Part shown: positions 40,793 to 49,476 of the stretch, piece after piece
Numbering within the stretch: the first letter of the stretch is position 1
Layout: the number at the start of each line of letters is the position of its first letter
Assembly (NCBI GenBank): GCA_038225385.1
Contig: JBBRRC010000005.1
Span: 18,743-82,742, forward strand
Origin: Sphingomonadales bacterium
Lineage (GTDB): Bacteria; Pseudomonadota; Alphaproteobacteria; Sphingomonadales; Sphingomonadaceae
Reading direction: 5' to 3'
Length of the DNA: 64,000 nucleotides
Translations under genes and position numbers: made by a program
Notes under the pieces: model-generated
Told to the model about the DNA's origin: nothing
Database searches by the model: none
What the model saw: the letters and a program-made list of their open reading frames with translations, nothing else

Positions 40793-41933
40793 GCTTGGTC
40801 TGGACGATAATCTGCTCGATGGGCGCGGCGGCCGCTGGACCGCGCGCGAAATCGTGCAACAGCCGGAAATGCTGCGTGCGACCCAACGGCTGCTGGCGGC
40901 GCAGGCCGAGGGGTTGCGCACATTCCTGACGCCATTCACAGCCGACCCCGGCGCGCGGATCATATTGACCGGCGCCGGTACGTCGTCGTTCATCGGCGAT
41001 TGCCTCGCCCCCTGGCTCGACCACTGCCTTGCGGCGCGGGTAGAGGCGATCGCCACGACCGACATCGTCAGCGCGCCTCACCTCTATCTTGATAGACGGT
41101 CACCGACCCTGATCGTCTCGTTCGGGCGGTCGGGAAACAGTCCCGAAAGTGCGGCGACGGTGAACCTCGCCAACGACCTCGTGCCCGGCGTCCGGCACCT
41201 CGTCATCACCTGCAACGCCGACGGTGCGCTGGCCCGCAACGCCAGGCCCGGCGACTATGTCATTCAATTGCCTGAACTCACCCATGATCGCGGGTTTGCG
41301 ATGACGTCGAGTTTCACATCGATGACCTATGCGGCACTCGCGGCACTGACGGGCGTTGACGCAATGGCCGACAGGATCGAACCGATTGCCAGTGCGGTGG
41401 AAGCCGCGATCGCGGCGTCGGTGCCCCTGGCTGCCGAACTGGCCGGCGCGGACTATGCGCGCGTTGCCTACCTGGGCAGCCATATTTTCAGGGGCCTCGC
41501 GCGGGAGGCGGCCCTGAAACTGATGGAACTTACCGACGGCGGCATCGTCGCGACCTCCGACTCGCCGCTGGGCTTCCGGCATGGTCCCAAGACGATCGTC
41601 ACCGACCGCACGCTCGTCGTCGTCTTCCTGTCCAACGACCCGCTGACCCGGCGGTACGATCTGGATCTCTTTGCCGAACTTCAGCGCGATGGCCGCGCCG
41701 CGCTTGTCATTGCGATTTCCGCCGGAGGAGCGTCACCGCCGGCTGGACTGCTCGTCGACGGGCTGGCCCGGGCAACCGATATCGACCTGCTGTTTCCCTA
41801 TATCGTTCTGCCACAGGTGTTTGCCCTGCATGCGTCGTTCGCGGTCGGCCTGACGCCCGACAACCCGAACGCGTCGGGTGTCGTCAACCGCGTCGTTCAG
41901 GGCGTTGCTATCCACTGCCTGACGGACGCGTGA
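40785..41933 (+). CDS. agaS: SIS-domain galactosamine-6-phosphate deaminase/isomerase
   Basis: TAREIVQQP, LTGAGTS, SFGRSGNSPES, FAMTSSFT and GFRHGPK motifs. Confidence 0.9.
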   Translation: MAELGLDDNLLDGRGGRWTAREIVQQPEMLRATQRLLAAQAEGLRTFLTPFTADPGARIILTGAGTSSFIGDCLAPWLDHCLAARVEAIATTDIVSAPHLYLDRRSPTLIVSFGRSGNSPESAATVNLANDLVPGVRHLVITCNADGALARNARPGDYVIQLPELTHDRGFAMTSSFTSMTYAALAALTGVDAMADRIEPIASAVEAAIAASVPLAAELAGADYARVAYLGSHIFRGLAREAALKLMELTDGGIVATSDSPLGFRHGPKTIVTDRTLVVVFLSNDPLTRRYDLDLFAELQRDGRAALVIAISAGGASPPAGLLVDGLARATDIDLLFPYIVLPQVFALHASFAVGLTPDNPNASGVVNRVVQGVAIHCLTDA

Positions 41934-42874
41934 GCCGCGAGGGCTTCATTGGCGTCGATGGCGGTGGGACGAAGACCCATTTCATCCTTATCGACCGCGC
42001 TGGCGAGGTGCTCGCCGAACATACCGGCGGCACCACCTACCATCTTCAGGTCGGCATCGAGGGCGTAAAGCAGGCGCTGGCAGAAGGCTTGAGCGCGGTC
42101 ACGCAATCGGCTTCGGGAGCCATCGACCGTGTCGCCCACGCCTTCATCGGCTTGCCCGCCTTTGGTGAGGACGCAGCCGTCGATCCTGTGCTTCAGGAAC
42201 TGCCGGCCGCGATTCTTGGCCATCGTCGCTACACCTGCGGAAACGACATGATCTGCGGCTGGGCGGGCTCGCTCGGCGGCGCAGATGGCATCAACATCGT
42301 CGCCGGTACCGGTTCGATCGGTTATGGCGAGCGCCAGGGACGCGCGGCCCGCGCCGGCGGCTGGGGCGAAGTTTTCAGCGACGAGGGCTCGGGCTACTGG
42401 CTGGCAATCCAGGGGCTGAACGCCTTTTCCAGGGCCAGTGACGGCCGCTCGGATAAAGGGCTGCTTTACCAGTCCTTTCGCACCTATCTTGGTCTTGCCG
42501 ACGATATCGATGTCTGCAGCAGGATCATGGGACCGGACGCCATGTCGCGCCAGGAAATCGCCGCGCTGAGTCCTCTGGTGACCGAGGCGGCGCTGGCCGG
42601 CGACCTGGCCGCACTGGACATCTGCAACCGCGCCGGGGCGGAGCTTGCCGCGATCGCGGACGCTATCCGGAAAGCATCGGGCTTTCTTCCCGACGAAGAT
42701 GTGCTCGTGTCCTATTCGGGCGGCGTTCTCGAAAACTCGAGCACGATACTCGCCTCGTTCCGCCAGAACCTCGACCGGAGTTTCGGCCGCTATAAGTTAT
42801 GCACACCGAAGTTTTCGCCAGCCTATGGCGCTGCTTTATACGCTATGCGATGTCCGGCTGCTGTCGCGACCTGA
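41930..42874 (+). CDS. BadF/BadG/BcrA/BcrD-type N-acetylhexosamine/hexosamine kinase (AgaK candidate)
   Basis: GVDGGGTKT, AGTGSIGYG and GGWGEVFSDEGSGYW motifs. Confidence 0.85.
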   Translation: MSREGFIGVDGGGTKTHFILIDRAGEVLAEHTGGTTYHLQVGIEGVKQALAEGLSAVTQSASGAIDRVAHAFIGLPAFGEDAAVDPVLQELPAAILGHRRYTCGNDMICGWAGSLGGADGINIVAGTGSIGYGERQGRAARAGGWGEVFSDEGSGYWLAIQGLNAFSRASDGRSDKGLLYQSFRTYLGLADDIDVCSRIMGPDAMSRQEIAALSPLVTEAALAGDLAALDICNRAGAELAAIADAIRKASGFLPDEDVLVSYSGGVLENSSTILASFRQNLDRSFGRYKLCTPKFSPAYGAALYAMRCPAAVAT

Positions 42875-42901
42875 TATGGCGCCATTGCGCGGGCGCCCTT
42901 G

Positions 42902-43051
42902 TCAACCTTGCTGACGCGCCTTCACGAATACAGATGCAATGACCTGGTTCACCCGCTCGACGCTGCGCCGGGCAGCTTCTTCGGTACTCGGAGCGCGCCG
43001 CTCGCGCTTCTCGAGGCTTGGTGCTGCTTGATCGAATACGCTGTGTGGCAT
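42902..43051 (-). CDS. 49-aa peptide downstream of the proteasome-like gene (not in ORF track)
   Basis: Manual translation MPHSVFDQAAPSLEKRERRAPSTEEAARRSVERVNQVIASVFVKARQQG*; GGGAAG SD-like sequence; ATG 9 nt after the upstream stop. Confidence 0.55.
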   Translation of the reverse strand: MPHSVFDQAAPSLEKRERRAPSTEEAARRSVERVNQVIASVFVKARQQG

Positions 43052-43060
43052 CAGCTTCCC

Positions 43061-44398
43061 CTACTGTGGTTCGAGTTTGTTAGCGAACTGCTCGCCGCCT
43101 TGGTTCCCACCATATCGCCGGAAGAAATATCGAGGGTTAAGGCTTGCATCAAAATAGTGTTTTCTCTTCACCCATACAAAACCCTCTGCGCGGGTTATCA
43201 CGGCGACATCGATGGGACCACCCACTGACTCTGCACCCGCTGAAAATTTGCGCTTCAAAGAGGTGATGTGCACCAGGCTCTCAGCTAACGCTGCGAGCTC
43301 CTGCTTCGGCATCGATCGTATCATGTCTGAAAATTGGCTTTTGAGACGGTTTATATGGTCAGGCACGACCTCTCTCTGAAACTCAGCGAGGATGGAATCC
43401 ACGGCAGGAGAAAGCGGGGCGCGGACGGCATCATCAAATGCCTCGAGGTGCTGATCGAGATTTGATTTCAGTGAAGCAAGCGCCCCGGAAAAATAGGTTG
43501 TGCAAAGGTCGAGAAACTCTTTGTCCAATCCATACATGAATCGATCGACCATCTCTTGCTGCGCGAAAGGGAACGCGGCGGCGTCAGGTACGAGTTGCCG
43601 ATCAACATCAAACTTTAATTGCCGATCGTGCTTAAGCTTGCCGGCAATGGTCCCGTACACCTCCACGCTAAATAGCGAAGGAAAGATTTCGTCGCGGCCA
43701 AACCCAGCGAATACCATGCCGGTCAGCATATTGCGCTGCCATTCCTTCAGAAGGCTCCACGCCAATATCCGGGTGATCCGGTCACCTCGCTCAACCGACA
43801 AGTCGTCACCTTCAAAGATGGCTCCGATGTACTCCCTGATCGCATCTCCATGATGAGCCAACACGTCTTCCTCACCCAAGCCTTCTGCCCAAGCCGGCAA
43901 CGGGAGGCCCGCCAACGTCACGATCTGCTCGTCGAGCACACTCAGTGCGTGCGCTTCGACCGCTTCGAACAAATCATCGATCGACGAGTACTTTTCAGTT
44001 GTAGCCGTTCTAAAAAAATCCTCACTAACCTCTCTCAGCTGCTCTTTGATAGCAGTCGCGCGGCCGTGAATGAGCCCCCAGACGTTGTTCCTTATTGTTA
44101 TTTTCGGCGTTTCGAACTGTTCGACATGCTCGAGAAAAGCATCGGCAAAATCGAAGACAGTAGCAAATTGACCAGGGCAATGCCGATCTCTATACATCTT
44201 CACGATGGTCTCGACCGGCACACCACATAGCTCAGGACTGTTATAAACCATAACGCCTATCGGGTCGTACGTGGTAGCTTCAAATATTTTGTCGGCTGAA
44301 TTATAGACCTTTGGCCCGTCGGCATTTCCGATCGTAACCGCACTGTCTGCAGCTAGGGTTACCGCCAGCTTGTTCAAGACGGCTATTTCCGCTGTCAC
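43061..44398 (-). CDS. Proteasome beta-subunit-like Ntn-hydrolase with large insertion
   Basis: M-T1...LAAD17S..T, ADK36IF, MVFAGFG and SVGGPIDVAVITRAEGF motifs; AAGGGGG RBS before the GTG start; AT-richer than the core. Confidence 0.75.
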   Translation of the reverse strand: MTAEIAVLNKLAVTLAADSAVTIGNADGPKVYNSADKIFEATTYDPIGVMVYNSPELCGVPVETIVKMYRDRHCPGQFATVFDFADAFLEHVEQFETPKITIRNNVWGLIHGRATAIKEQLREVSEDFFRTATTEKYSSIDDLFEAVEAHALSVLDEQIVTLAGLPLPAWAEGLGEEDVLAHHGDAIREYIGAIFEGDDLSVERGDRITRILAWSLLKEWQRNMLTGMVFAGFGRDEIFPSLFSVEVYGTIAGKLKHDRQLKFDVDRQLVPDAAAFPFAQQEMVDRFMYGLDKEFLDLCTTYFSGALASLKSNLDQHLEAFDDAVRAPLSPAVDSILAEFQREVVPDHINRLKSQFSDMIRSMPKQELAALAESLVHITSLKRKFSAGAESVGGPIDVAVITRAEGFVWVKRKHYFDASLNPRYFFRRYGGNQGGEQFANKLEPQ

Positions 44399-44466
44399 GC
44401 TGCCCCCTTGTATTCCGTATTCATTCTGTACTAGCGGGCCGCAACCGCGCTAAGCCATTGAAACGA

Positions 44467-44543
44467 TGGCGCACCGGAAGGGATTCGAACCCCTGACCCC
44501 TGCCTTCGGAGGGCAGTGCTCTATCCAGCTGAGCTACCGGTGC
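44467..44543 (-). tRNA. tRNA-Arg(CCG)
   Basis: Reverse complement GCACCGGTAGCTCAGCTGGATAGAGCACTGCCCTCCGAAGGCAGGGGTCAGGGGTTCGAATCCCTTCCGGTGCGCCA; anticodon stem CTGCC/GGCAG with CCG; TTCGAAT T-loop; encoded CCA. Confidence 0.97.
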
Positions 44544-44592
44544 CTGGCCAGGACGCGCCCTTAGCAAGCGCGTCCCCGCTTCGCCAGCCCTA

Positions 44593-44979
44593 TCACTTCA
44601 CCGGCTTGACCAGCTTCACCGGCTGAAATTCGCCCAGGCCGCACGTCGCTCCCCGGCTGATGCCCGGCCCCTGCAGCACGGTGATCGTATCGACTGAACA
44701 CAGCTGGCCAGTCGATGTCTTGTACGCGAACCGCTCCTCGAACCCCAGCGACGGGCATGAATTGGGCAAAGTGTTGCGATAGACCTTGCCGCCGTTCATG
44801 TGAAAATCGATCACACTGTCGCCGTGCACGCGCGTGTCGCGGATCTGGTAGGTCTGGACGCAGCTGACCGGCTTGCCGTCGGGAGTCGCCTCGGGAACGG
44901 TACGATCGATCTTTGCCGAGGCGGGTGCGAGAGCCGACAGCGCGGCAAGGGCGGCAAGTGGGGCGATGAAGGGTTTCAT
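44593..44979 (-). CDS. Small exported hypothetical protein with paired cysteines
   Basis: Signal peptide, four Cys, GC-rich codon usage and RBS GGAGGA. Confidence 0.75.
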   Translation of the reverse strand: MKPFIAPLAALAALSALAPASAKIDRTVPEATPDGKPVSCVQTYQIRDTRVHGDSVIDFHMNGGKVYRNTLPNSCPSLGFEERFAYKTSTGQLCSVDTITVLQGPGISRGATCGLGEFQPVKLVKPVK

Positions 44980-44980
44980 G

Positions 44981-45649
44981 TCATCCTCCTGTGGTTATGC
45001 CCGGCTTATGCGCCGGTGCGGCTGTCTTGGGCCTGAACGCGCACAGGTCGCACACGCTGCAGCGCCAGCATTCGGGTGTCCTTGCCTTGCAGGTATAGCG
45101 ACCGTGCAGGATCAGCCAATGGTGGGCGTGGACGCGGAACGGGGCCGGGGTCTGGCGCTCGAGGATCGTCTCTACCGCGGTCGGGGTTTTGCCCTTGGCG
45201 AGGCCGGTCCGGTTGGCGACGCGAAAGACATGCGTGTCGACCGGAAAGGTTTCGGCCCCCAGCGCCACGTTCAAGACGACATTGGCCGTCTTGCGCCCCA
45301 CGCCGGGCAACGCGGTCAGCGCGTCGCGGTCGGTCGGCACCACGCCGCCGTGGACGTCGACCAGAATCCGCGACAGCGCGATAACGTTCTTCGCCTTGGT
45401 ATTGTAGAGCCCGATCGTCTTGATGTGCTGCTTCAGCGCGTCCTCCCCCAGGTCCAGCATGGCCTGCGGATCGCGCACCGCGGCGAATAACTGGCGTGTC
45501 GCCTTGTTCACGCCGACGTCGGTCGACTGGGCCGACAGGACGACGGCGACAAGTAGCGTGTAGATGTTGGGCGCTTCCAGCTCGGTTTCGGGCGAGGGGT
45601 TGGCCTCGGCCAGGCGCCGGTAGAATTCGAAGATGTCCGCCTTCTTCAA
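44981..45649 (-). CDS. nth: Endonuclease III
   Basis: LLVAVVLSAQSTD, HhH LPGVGRKTANV, VDTHV and C-x6-C-x2-C-x5-C Fe-S motif; TTG start overlaps the dapB stop. Confidence 0.95.
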   Translation of the reverse strand: MKKADIFEFYRRLAEANPSPETELEAPNIYTLLVAVVLSAQSTDVGVNKATRQLFAAVRDPQAMLDLGEDALKQHIKTIGLYNTKAKNVIALSRILVDVHGGVVPTDRDALTALPGVGRKTANVVLNVALGAETFPVDTHVFRVANRTGLAKGKTPTAVETILERQTPAPFRVHAHHWLILHGRYTCKARTPECWRCSVCDLCAFRPKTAAPAHKPGITTGG

Positions 45650-46374
45650 AGCCCGAGCACGTCCGCCATGGTATAGCGCCCGGCGGCCTGGCCAGTCAGC
45701 CACAGTGCGGCACGCACCGCGCCGCGCGCGAAGATATCCCGGCTTTCGGCGCGGTGGCCGAGTTCGAGCCGTTCGCCGTCGGCCGCGAGGATGACGACAT
45801 GATCGCCGGCGACCGACCCGCCACGCAGCGAAGCAAAGCCGATCGTGCCCTCTTCGCGTGCCGCGTGGCTTTCGAACCGGTCGAAGCGGCTGAGTTCGGG
45901 CAGGCTGCGCCCGCGTCCGTTGGCGGCCGCCTGCGCCAGCAGCAGCGCGGTCCCCGACGGCGCATCGACCTTGTGGCGATGATGCATCTCGAGCACCTCG
46001 ATATCCCAGTCAGGTCCCAGCCGCGCTGCGGCCTGCTGGACCAGTGCTGCGAGCAGGTTGATGCCGAGTGAGGTATTCGCCGCCTGCAGCACCGCGATCT
46101 CGGTCGCTGCCGCATCGATCAGCGCGTGGTGGCCGGCATCGAGTCCGGTCGTCCCGACGAGGATTGGTGTCCGGGCCGCGCGCGCCGCGGCCAGATGCGC
46201 CGCCAGCGCCGCCGGGGACGAGAAATCGACCAGGACGTCGCTGGCCTGCGCCAGCGCCGTTTCGTCGTCGCCCGTATCGGCTCCCCCGGCGAGGACCGCG
46301 CCCATGGGTGCAATCGCCTGCGCAAGGGCAAGCCCCATGCGGCCCCGGCTGCCCAAGATACCGATCCGTGTCAT
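45646..46374 (-). CDS. dapB: 4-hydroxy-tetrahydrodipicolinate reductase
   Basis: GSRGRMG, VGTTG and EMHHRHKVDAPSGTA motifs. Confidence 0.95.
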   Translation of the reverse strand: MTRIGILGSRGRMGLALAQAIAPMGAVLAGGADTGDDETALAQASDVLVDFSSPAALAAHLAAARAARTPILVGTTGLDAGHHALIDAAATEIAVLQAANTSLGINLLAALVQQAAARLGPDWDIEVLEMHHRHKVDAPSGTALLLAQAAANGRGRSLPELSRFDRFESHAAREEGTIGFASLRGGSVAGDHVVILAADGERLELGHRAESRDIFARGAVRAALWLTGQAAGRYTMADVLGL

Positions 46375-46427
46375 CGTCCCCAAGCGTTCATCGCGGCGGG
46401 TACGAAAGTCAACGGTATCTGCCTCGC

Positions 46428-48734
46428 TCATCCGGTCGTCACGAACGTATCGAGCACGCGCTTTCGCCCGGCTTGCTCGAATTCGACCTCCAGCTTGTTG
46501 CCTTCGATCAGGGCAATCGCGCCATAGCCGAATTTGGTGTGGAACACGCGCTGGCCGATCGCCAGATCGCCGCGTCCCGCATTGCCGAGCGAAACGGCGC
46601 TGCCCCGTGCCTCGACGATGCGCGATGGGGTGGAGGTGAAGCCGCCCCCGCCCGACCCGATGCCGCTTGCCGCCCGCTGCCAGCCGGGACCGCGCGTACC
46701 GGCACGCGTGGCATTGGTCGCGGCGAGGTGGGCAAACGGGTCCGCATTGGCCGTCCAGTTCGCCCGCCACAGGCTTTCGCCACCCGACATCGTTGTTTCA
46801 TGCTCGACACTGGCGTCAGGCAGTTCGCCGACGAAACGGCTCGGGATGCTCGACGTCCACTGCCCGTAGATGCGGCGATTGGCGGCATGGAGGATCATCG
46901 CCTCGCGCCGCGCCCGGGTGATGGCGACATAGGCCAGGCGGCGTTCCTCCTCGAGGCTGGCACTGCCCCCTTCGTCGAGCGCGCGCTGTGACGGGAATAC
47001 GCCCTCCTCCCAGCCGACCAGGAACACCTTGTCGAACTCCAGACCCTTGGCCGCGTGGATCGTCATGATCGTGACCTTGGCCTCGTCGCGCTGCGCCTCA
47101 TTGTCCATGACCAGGCTGACATGTTCGAGGAACGCGCCCAGCGTTTCATATTCCTCCATTGCCCGCGCCAGTTCGGTCAGGTTTTCGAGGCGGCCGGCGG
47201 CCTCGACCGAACGATCCGCCTGCAGCATCGCGGTATAGCCGCTTTCGTCCAGCATCTGCCGGGCGAGGTCCGCGTGCGCGATGTCGCGCGCCAGATCACG
47301 CCACCGGGCAATGTCGCCGACGAAATTACCCAGTGTCCGGCGTGCCTGGCTGGTCAGCTCGTCGGTGTCGAGGATGCGCGCGGCGGCGAGCATCAGCGGC
47401 ACCCCCTCTGCCCGCGCCAGCTGCTGGACCTTGGCCACCGCCTTGTCGCCCAGTCCGCGTTTGGGGACGTTGACGATCCGTTCGAAGGCGAGGTCGTCGT
47501 TCGGCTGGTTGATGAGGCGGAGGTAGGCCAGGGCGTCGCGGATTTCCGCGCGCTCATAGAAGCGAAAGCCGCCGACGATGCGATAGGGCATGCCGATCGC
47601 GATGAAGCGGTCCTCGAACTCGCGCGTCTGGAATTGAGCGCGGACGAGGATGGCGATGCCGTCGAGCGAATTGCCCGCGCGCTGCCAGCTCTCGATCTCG
47701 TCGCCGACCCGCCGCGCTTCTTCCGGGCCGTCCCAGACGCCGACGACGCGCAGCTTTTCGCCGGCATTCAGGTCGGTGAACAGCGTCTTGCCGAGGCGAC
47801 CCGAATTATGAGCGATCACGCCGCTGGCGGCCGCCAGAATGTGCGGCGTGCTGCGGTAATTCTGTTCCAGACGAATGACCTTTGCGCCCGGGAAATCCTT
47901 TTCAAAGCGCAGGATGTTTTCGACCTGCGCGCCGCGCCAGCTGTAGATCGACTGGTCGTCGTCGCCAACACAGCACAAATTCTTGCGCTGCTGCGCCAGC
48001 AGGCGGAGCCACAGATACTGCGACGAATTCGTATCCTGATATTCGTCGACCATGATGTAGCGAAAGCGGTTCTGATAAGATTCGAGGACGTCGCGGTGCG
48101 CCTTCAGAATGACCAGCATGTGCAACAGCAGATCGCCGAAGTCGCACGCATTGAGCGTGCGCAGCCGTTCCTGATACGCCGTATAGAGTTCGCCGCCTTT
48201 GCCGTTCGCGAACCGTTCCGACTCGCCTGCCCCGATGTCGGCCGGGACCAGCCCTTTGTTCTTCCACTGATCGATCAGGCCGGCGAGGGCGCGATTGGTC
48301 CAGCGCTTTTCGTCGAGATCGGCCGCCTGGATCAGCTGTTTCAGGACCCGCAGCTGGTCGTCGGTATCGAGGATCGTGAAATTCGCCTGCAGTCCGACCA
48401 GTTCGGCATGACGGCGCAGCATCCTGGCGGCGATGGCATGGAAGGTGCCTAGCCACGGCATCCCCTCGACCGCATCACCGACCAGCCCGCGTACCCGCTC
48501 ACGCATTTCGCGTGCGGCCTTGTTGGTGAAGGTAACGCTCAGGATTTCGGACGGCCATGCCTTGCGCGTGTAGATCAGGTGCGCGAGCCGGGCGGTCAGC
48601 GCCGCCGTCTTGCCCGTGCCGGCACCGGCGAGGACGAGCACGGGGCCTTCCGTGGTCAGCACGGCGTCGCGCTGGGGCGGGTTGAGGCCGCGAAGATAAG
48701 GCGGGTCCGGGTCGGTCGTCTGGGGAAGCGTCAC
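46428..48734 (-). CDS. uvrD: UvrD/PcrA ATP-dependent DNA helicase
   Basis: AGAGTGKT, VDEYQDTN, VGDDDQSIY, LEQNYRST, TIHAAKGLEF and EEERRLAYVAITRA motifs. Confidence 0.95.
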   Translation of the reverse strand: MTLPQTTDPDPPYLRGLNPPQRDAVLTTEGPVLVLAGAGTGKTAALTARLAHLIYTRKAWPSEILSVTFTNKAAREMRERVRGLVGDAVEGMPWLGTFHAIAARMLRRHAELVGLQANFTILDTDDQLRVLKQLIQAADLDEKRWTNRALAGLIDQWKNKGLVPADIGAGESERFANGKGGELYTAYQERLRTLNACDFGDLLLHMLVILKAHRDVLESYQNRFRYIMVDEYQDTNSSQYLWLRLLAQQRKNLCCVGDDDQSIYSWRGAQVENILRFEKDFPGAKVIRLEQNYRSTPHILAAASGVIAHNSGRLGKTLFTDLNAGEKLRVVGVWDGPEEARRVGDEIESWQRAGNSLDGIAILVRAQFQTREFEDRFIAIGMPYRIVGGFRFYERAEIRDALAYLRLINQPNDDLAFERIVNVPKRGLGDKAVAKVQQLARAEGVPLMLAAARILDTDELTSQARRTLGNFVGDIARWRDLARDIAHADLARQMLDESGYTAMLQADRSVEAAGRLENLTELARAMEEYETLGAFLEHVSLVMDNEAQRDEAKVTIMTIHAAKGLEFDKVFLVGWEEGVFPSQRALDEGGSASLEEERRLAYVAITRARREAMILHAANRRIYGQWTSSIPSRFVGELPDASVEHETTMSGGESLWRANWTANADPFAHLAATNATRAGTRGPGWQRAASGIGSGGGGFTSTPSRIVEARGSAVSLGNAGRGDLAIGQRVFHTKFGYGAIALIEGNKLEVEFEQAGRKRVLDTFVTTG

Positions 48735-48902
48735 CGTTGAACAGTTAGGGAACGCGAGTGCGCGCGGCAACCGGCGGTTTCGTTGCGCAGGCGCATTGAC
48801 TCGGGCACCGGCCGAGCAGACGTTCCGCGCGGGGCGCAAACAACGAGTCGTATTCTTCGTGACGGCACGCGCCAGACGCCGTCGAACTCAGGGGAGATCA
48901 TC

Positions 48903-49391
48903 ATGCATATCATACCGAAAGCGGTCCTTCGCGCCGCGACTGCCGCCGCACTGCTCGGCTTTGTTGCACCGCCCGTGTTCGCCGCCGACAATGCCGCCGT
49001 CGCCAATGACGTGATGGCCGTCGTTCGTGCGCAATGGGCGGCCGAGATCGCGGGCAAGCCTGCGGCGGATGAACTGGTCAGCGCGGCGGACGACTATACC
49101 GAATTCAATCCTGCTTACCCGGCTCTGGTCATTGGTAAGGCGACCACCGTCCGACTTTACGACGCCCTGGCACCGGACAGTAAGACGCTCGTCGGCGAAA
49201 TGATGAACCCGCATGTGCAGGTCTATGGCGATACGGCGATCGTATCGTACAATTACGGCGGCGTCATCAAGACCAGCGATGGCAAGACGAAGCCGACGGT
49301 GGGCAATTCGACGCGGGTCTATGTTCGTCAGGGTGGGAAATGGATGCTCGTCCATGGGCATTTCTCGCCGGTTGGCGCGCCACAGAACTAG
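48903..49391 (+). CDS. Exported NTF2-like / DUF4440-type protein
   Basis: Signal peptide; VQVYGDTAIVSY and TRVYVRQGGKWMLVHGHFS motifs; RBS GGGGAG. Confidence 0.8.
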   Translation: MHIIPKAVLRAATAAALLGFVAPPVFAADNAAVANDVMAVVRAQWAAEIAGKPAADELVSAADDYTEFNPAYPALVIGKATTVRLYDALAPDSKTLVGEMMNPHVQVYGDTAIVSYNYGGVIKTSDGKTKPTVGNSTRVYVRQGGKWMLVHGHFSPVGAPQN

Positions 49392-49476
49392 GCTGAGGTC
49401 ACTCGCCGTGCAGACATGATCGCGACTGTGCAGACCGTCACGATAATGTCATGCACGGCGGGTTAAGCCGAAAAGC

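Noticed and set aside
42876-42888. ATGGCGC(CATTG) as attL/attR copy of the tRNA-Arg 3' end
   Set aside because: Only a 7-bp match, and a similar TATGGCGC occurs inside the kinase gene nearby; too short to call an att site.
42899-43228. 109-aa plus-strand ORF
   Set aside because: Antisense to the hydrolase C-terminus and to the better-placed 49-aa minus-strand ORF; no RBS or motif.
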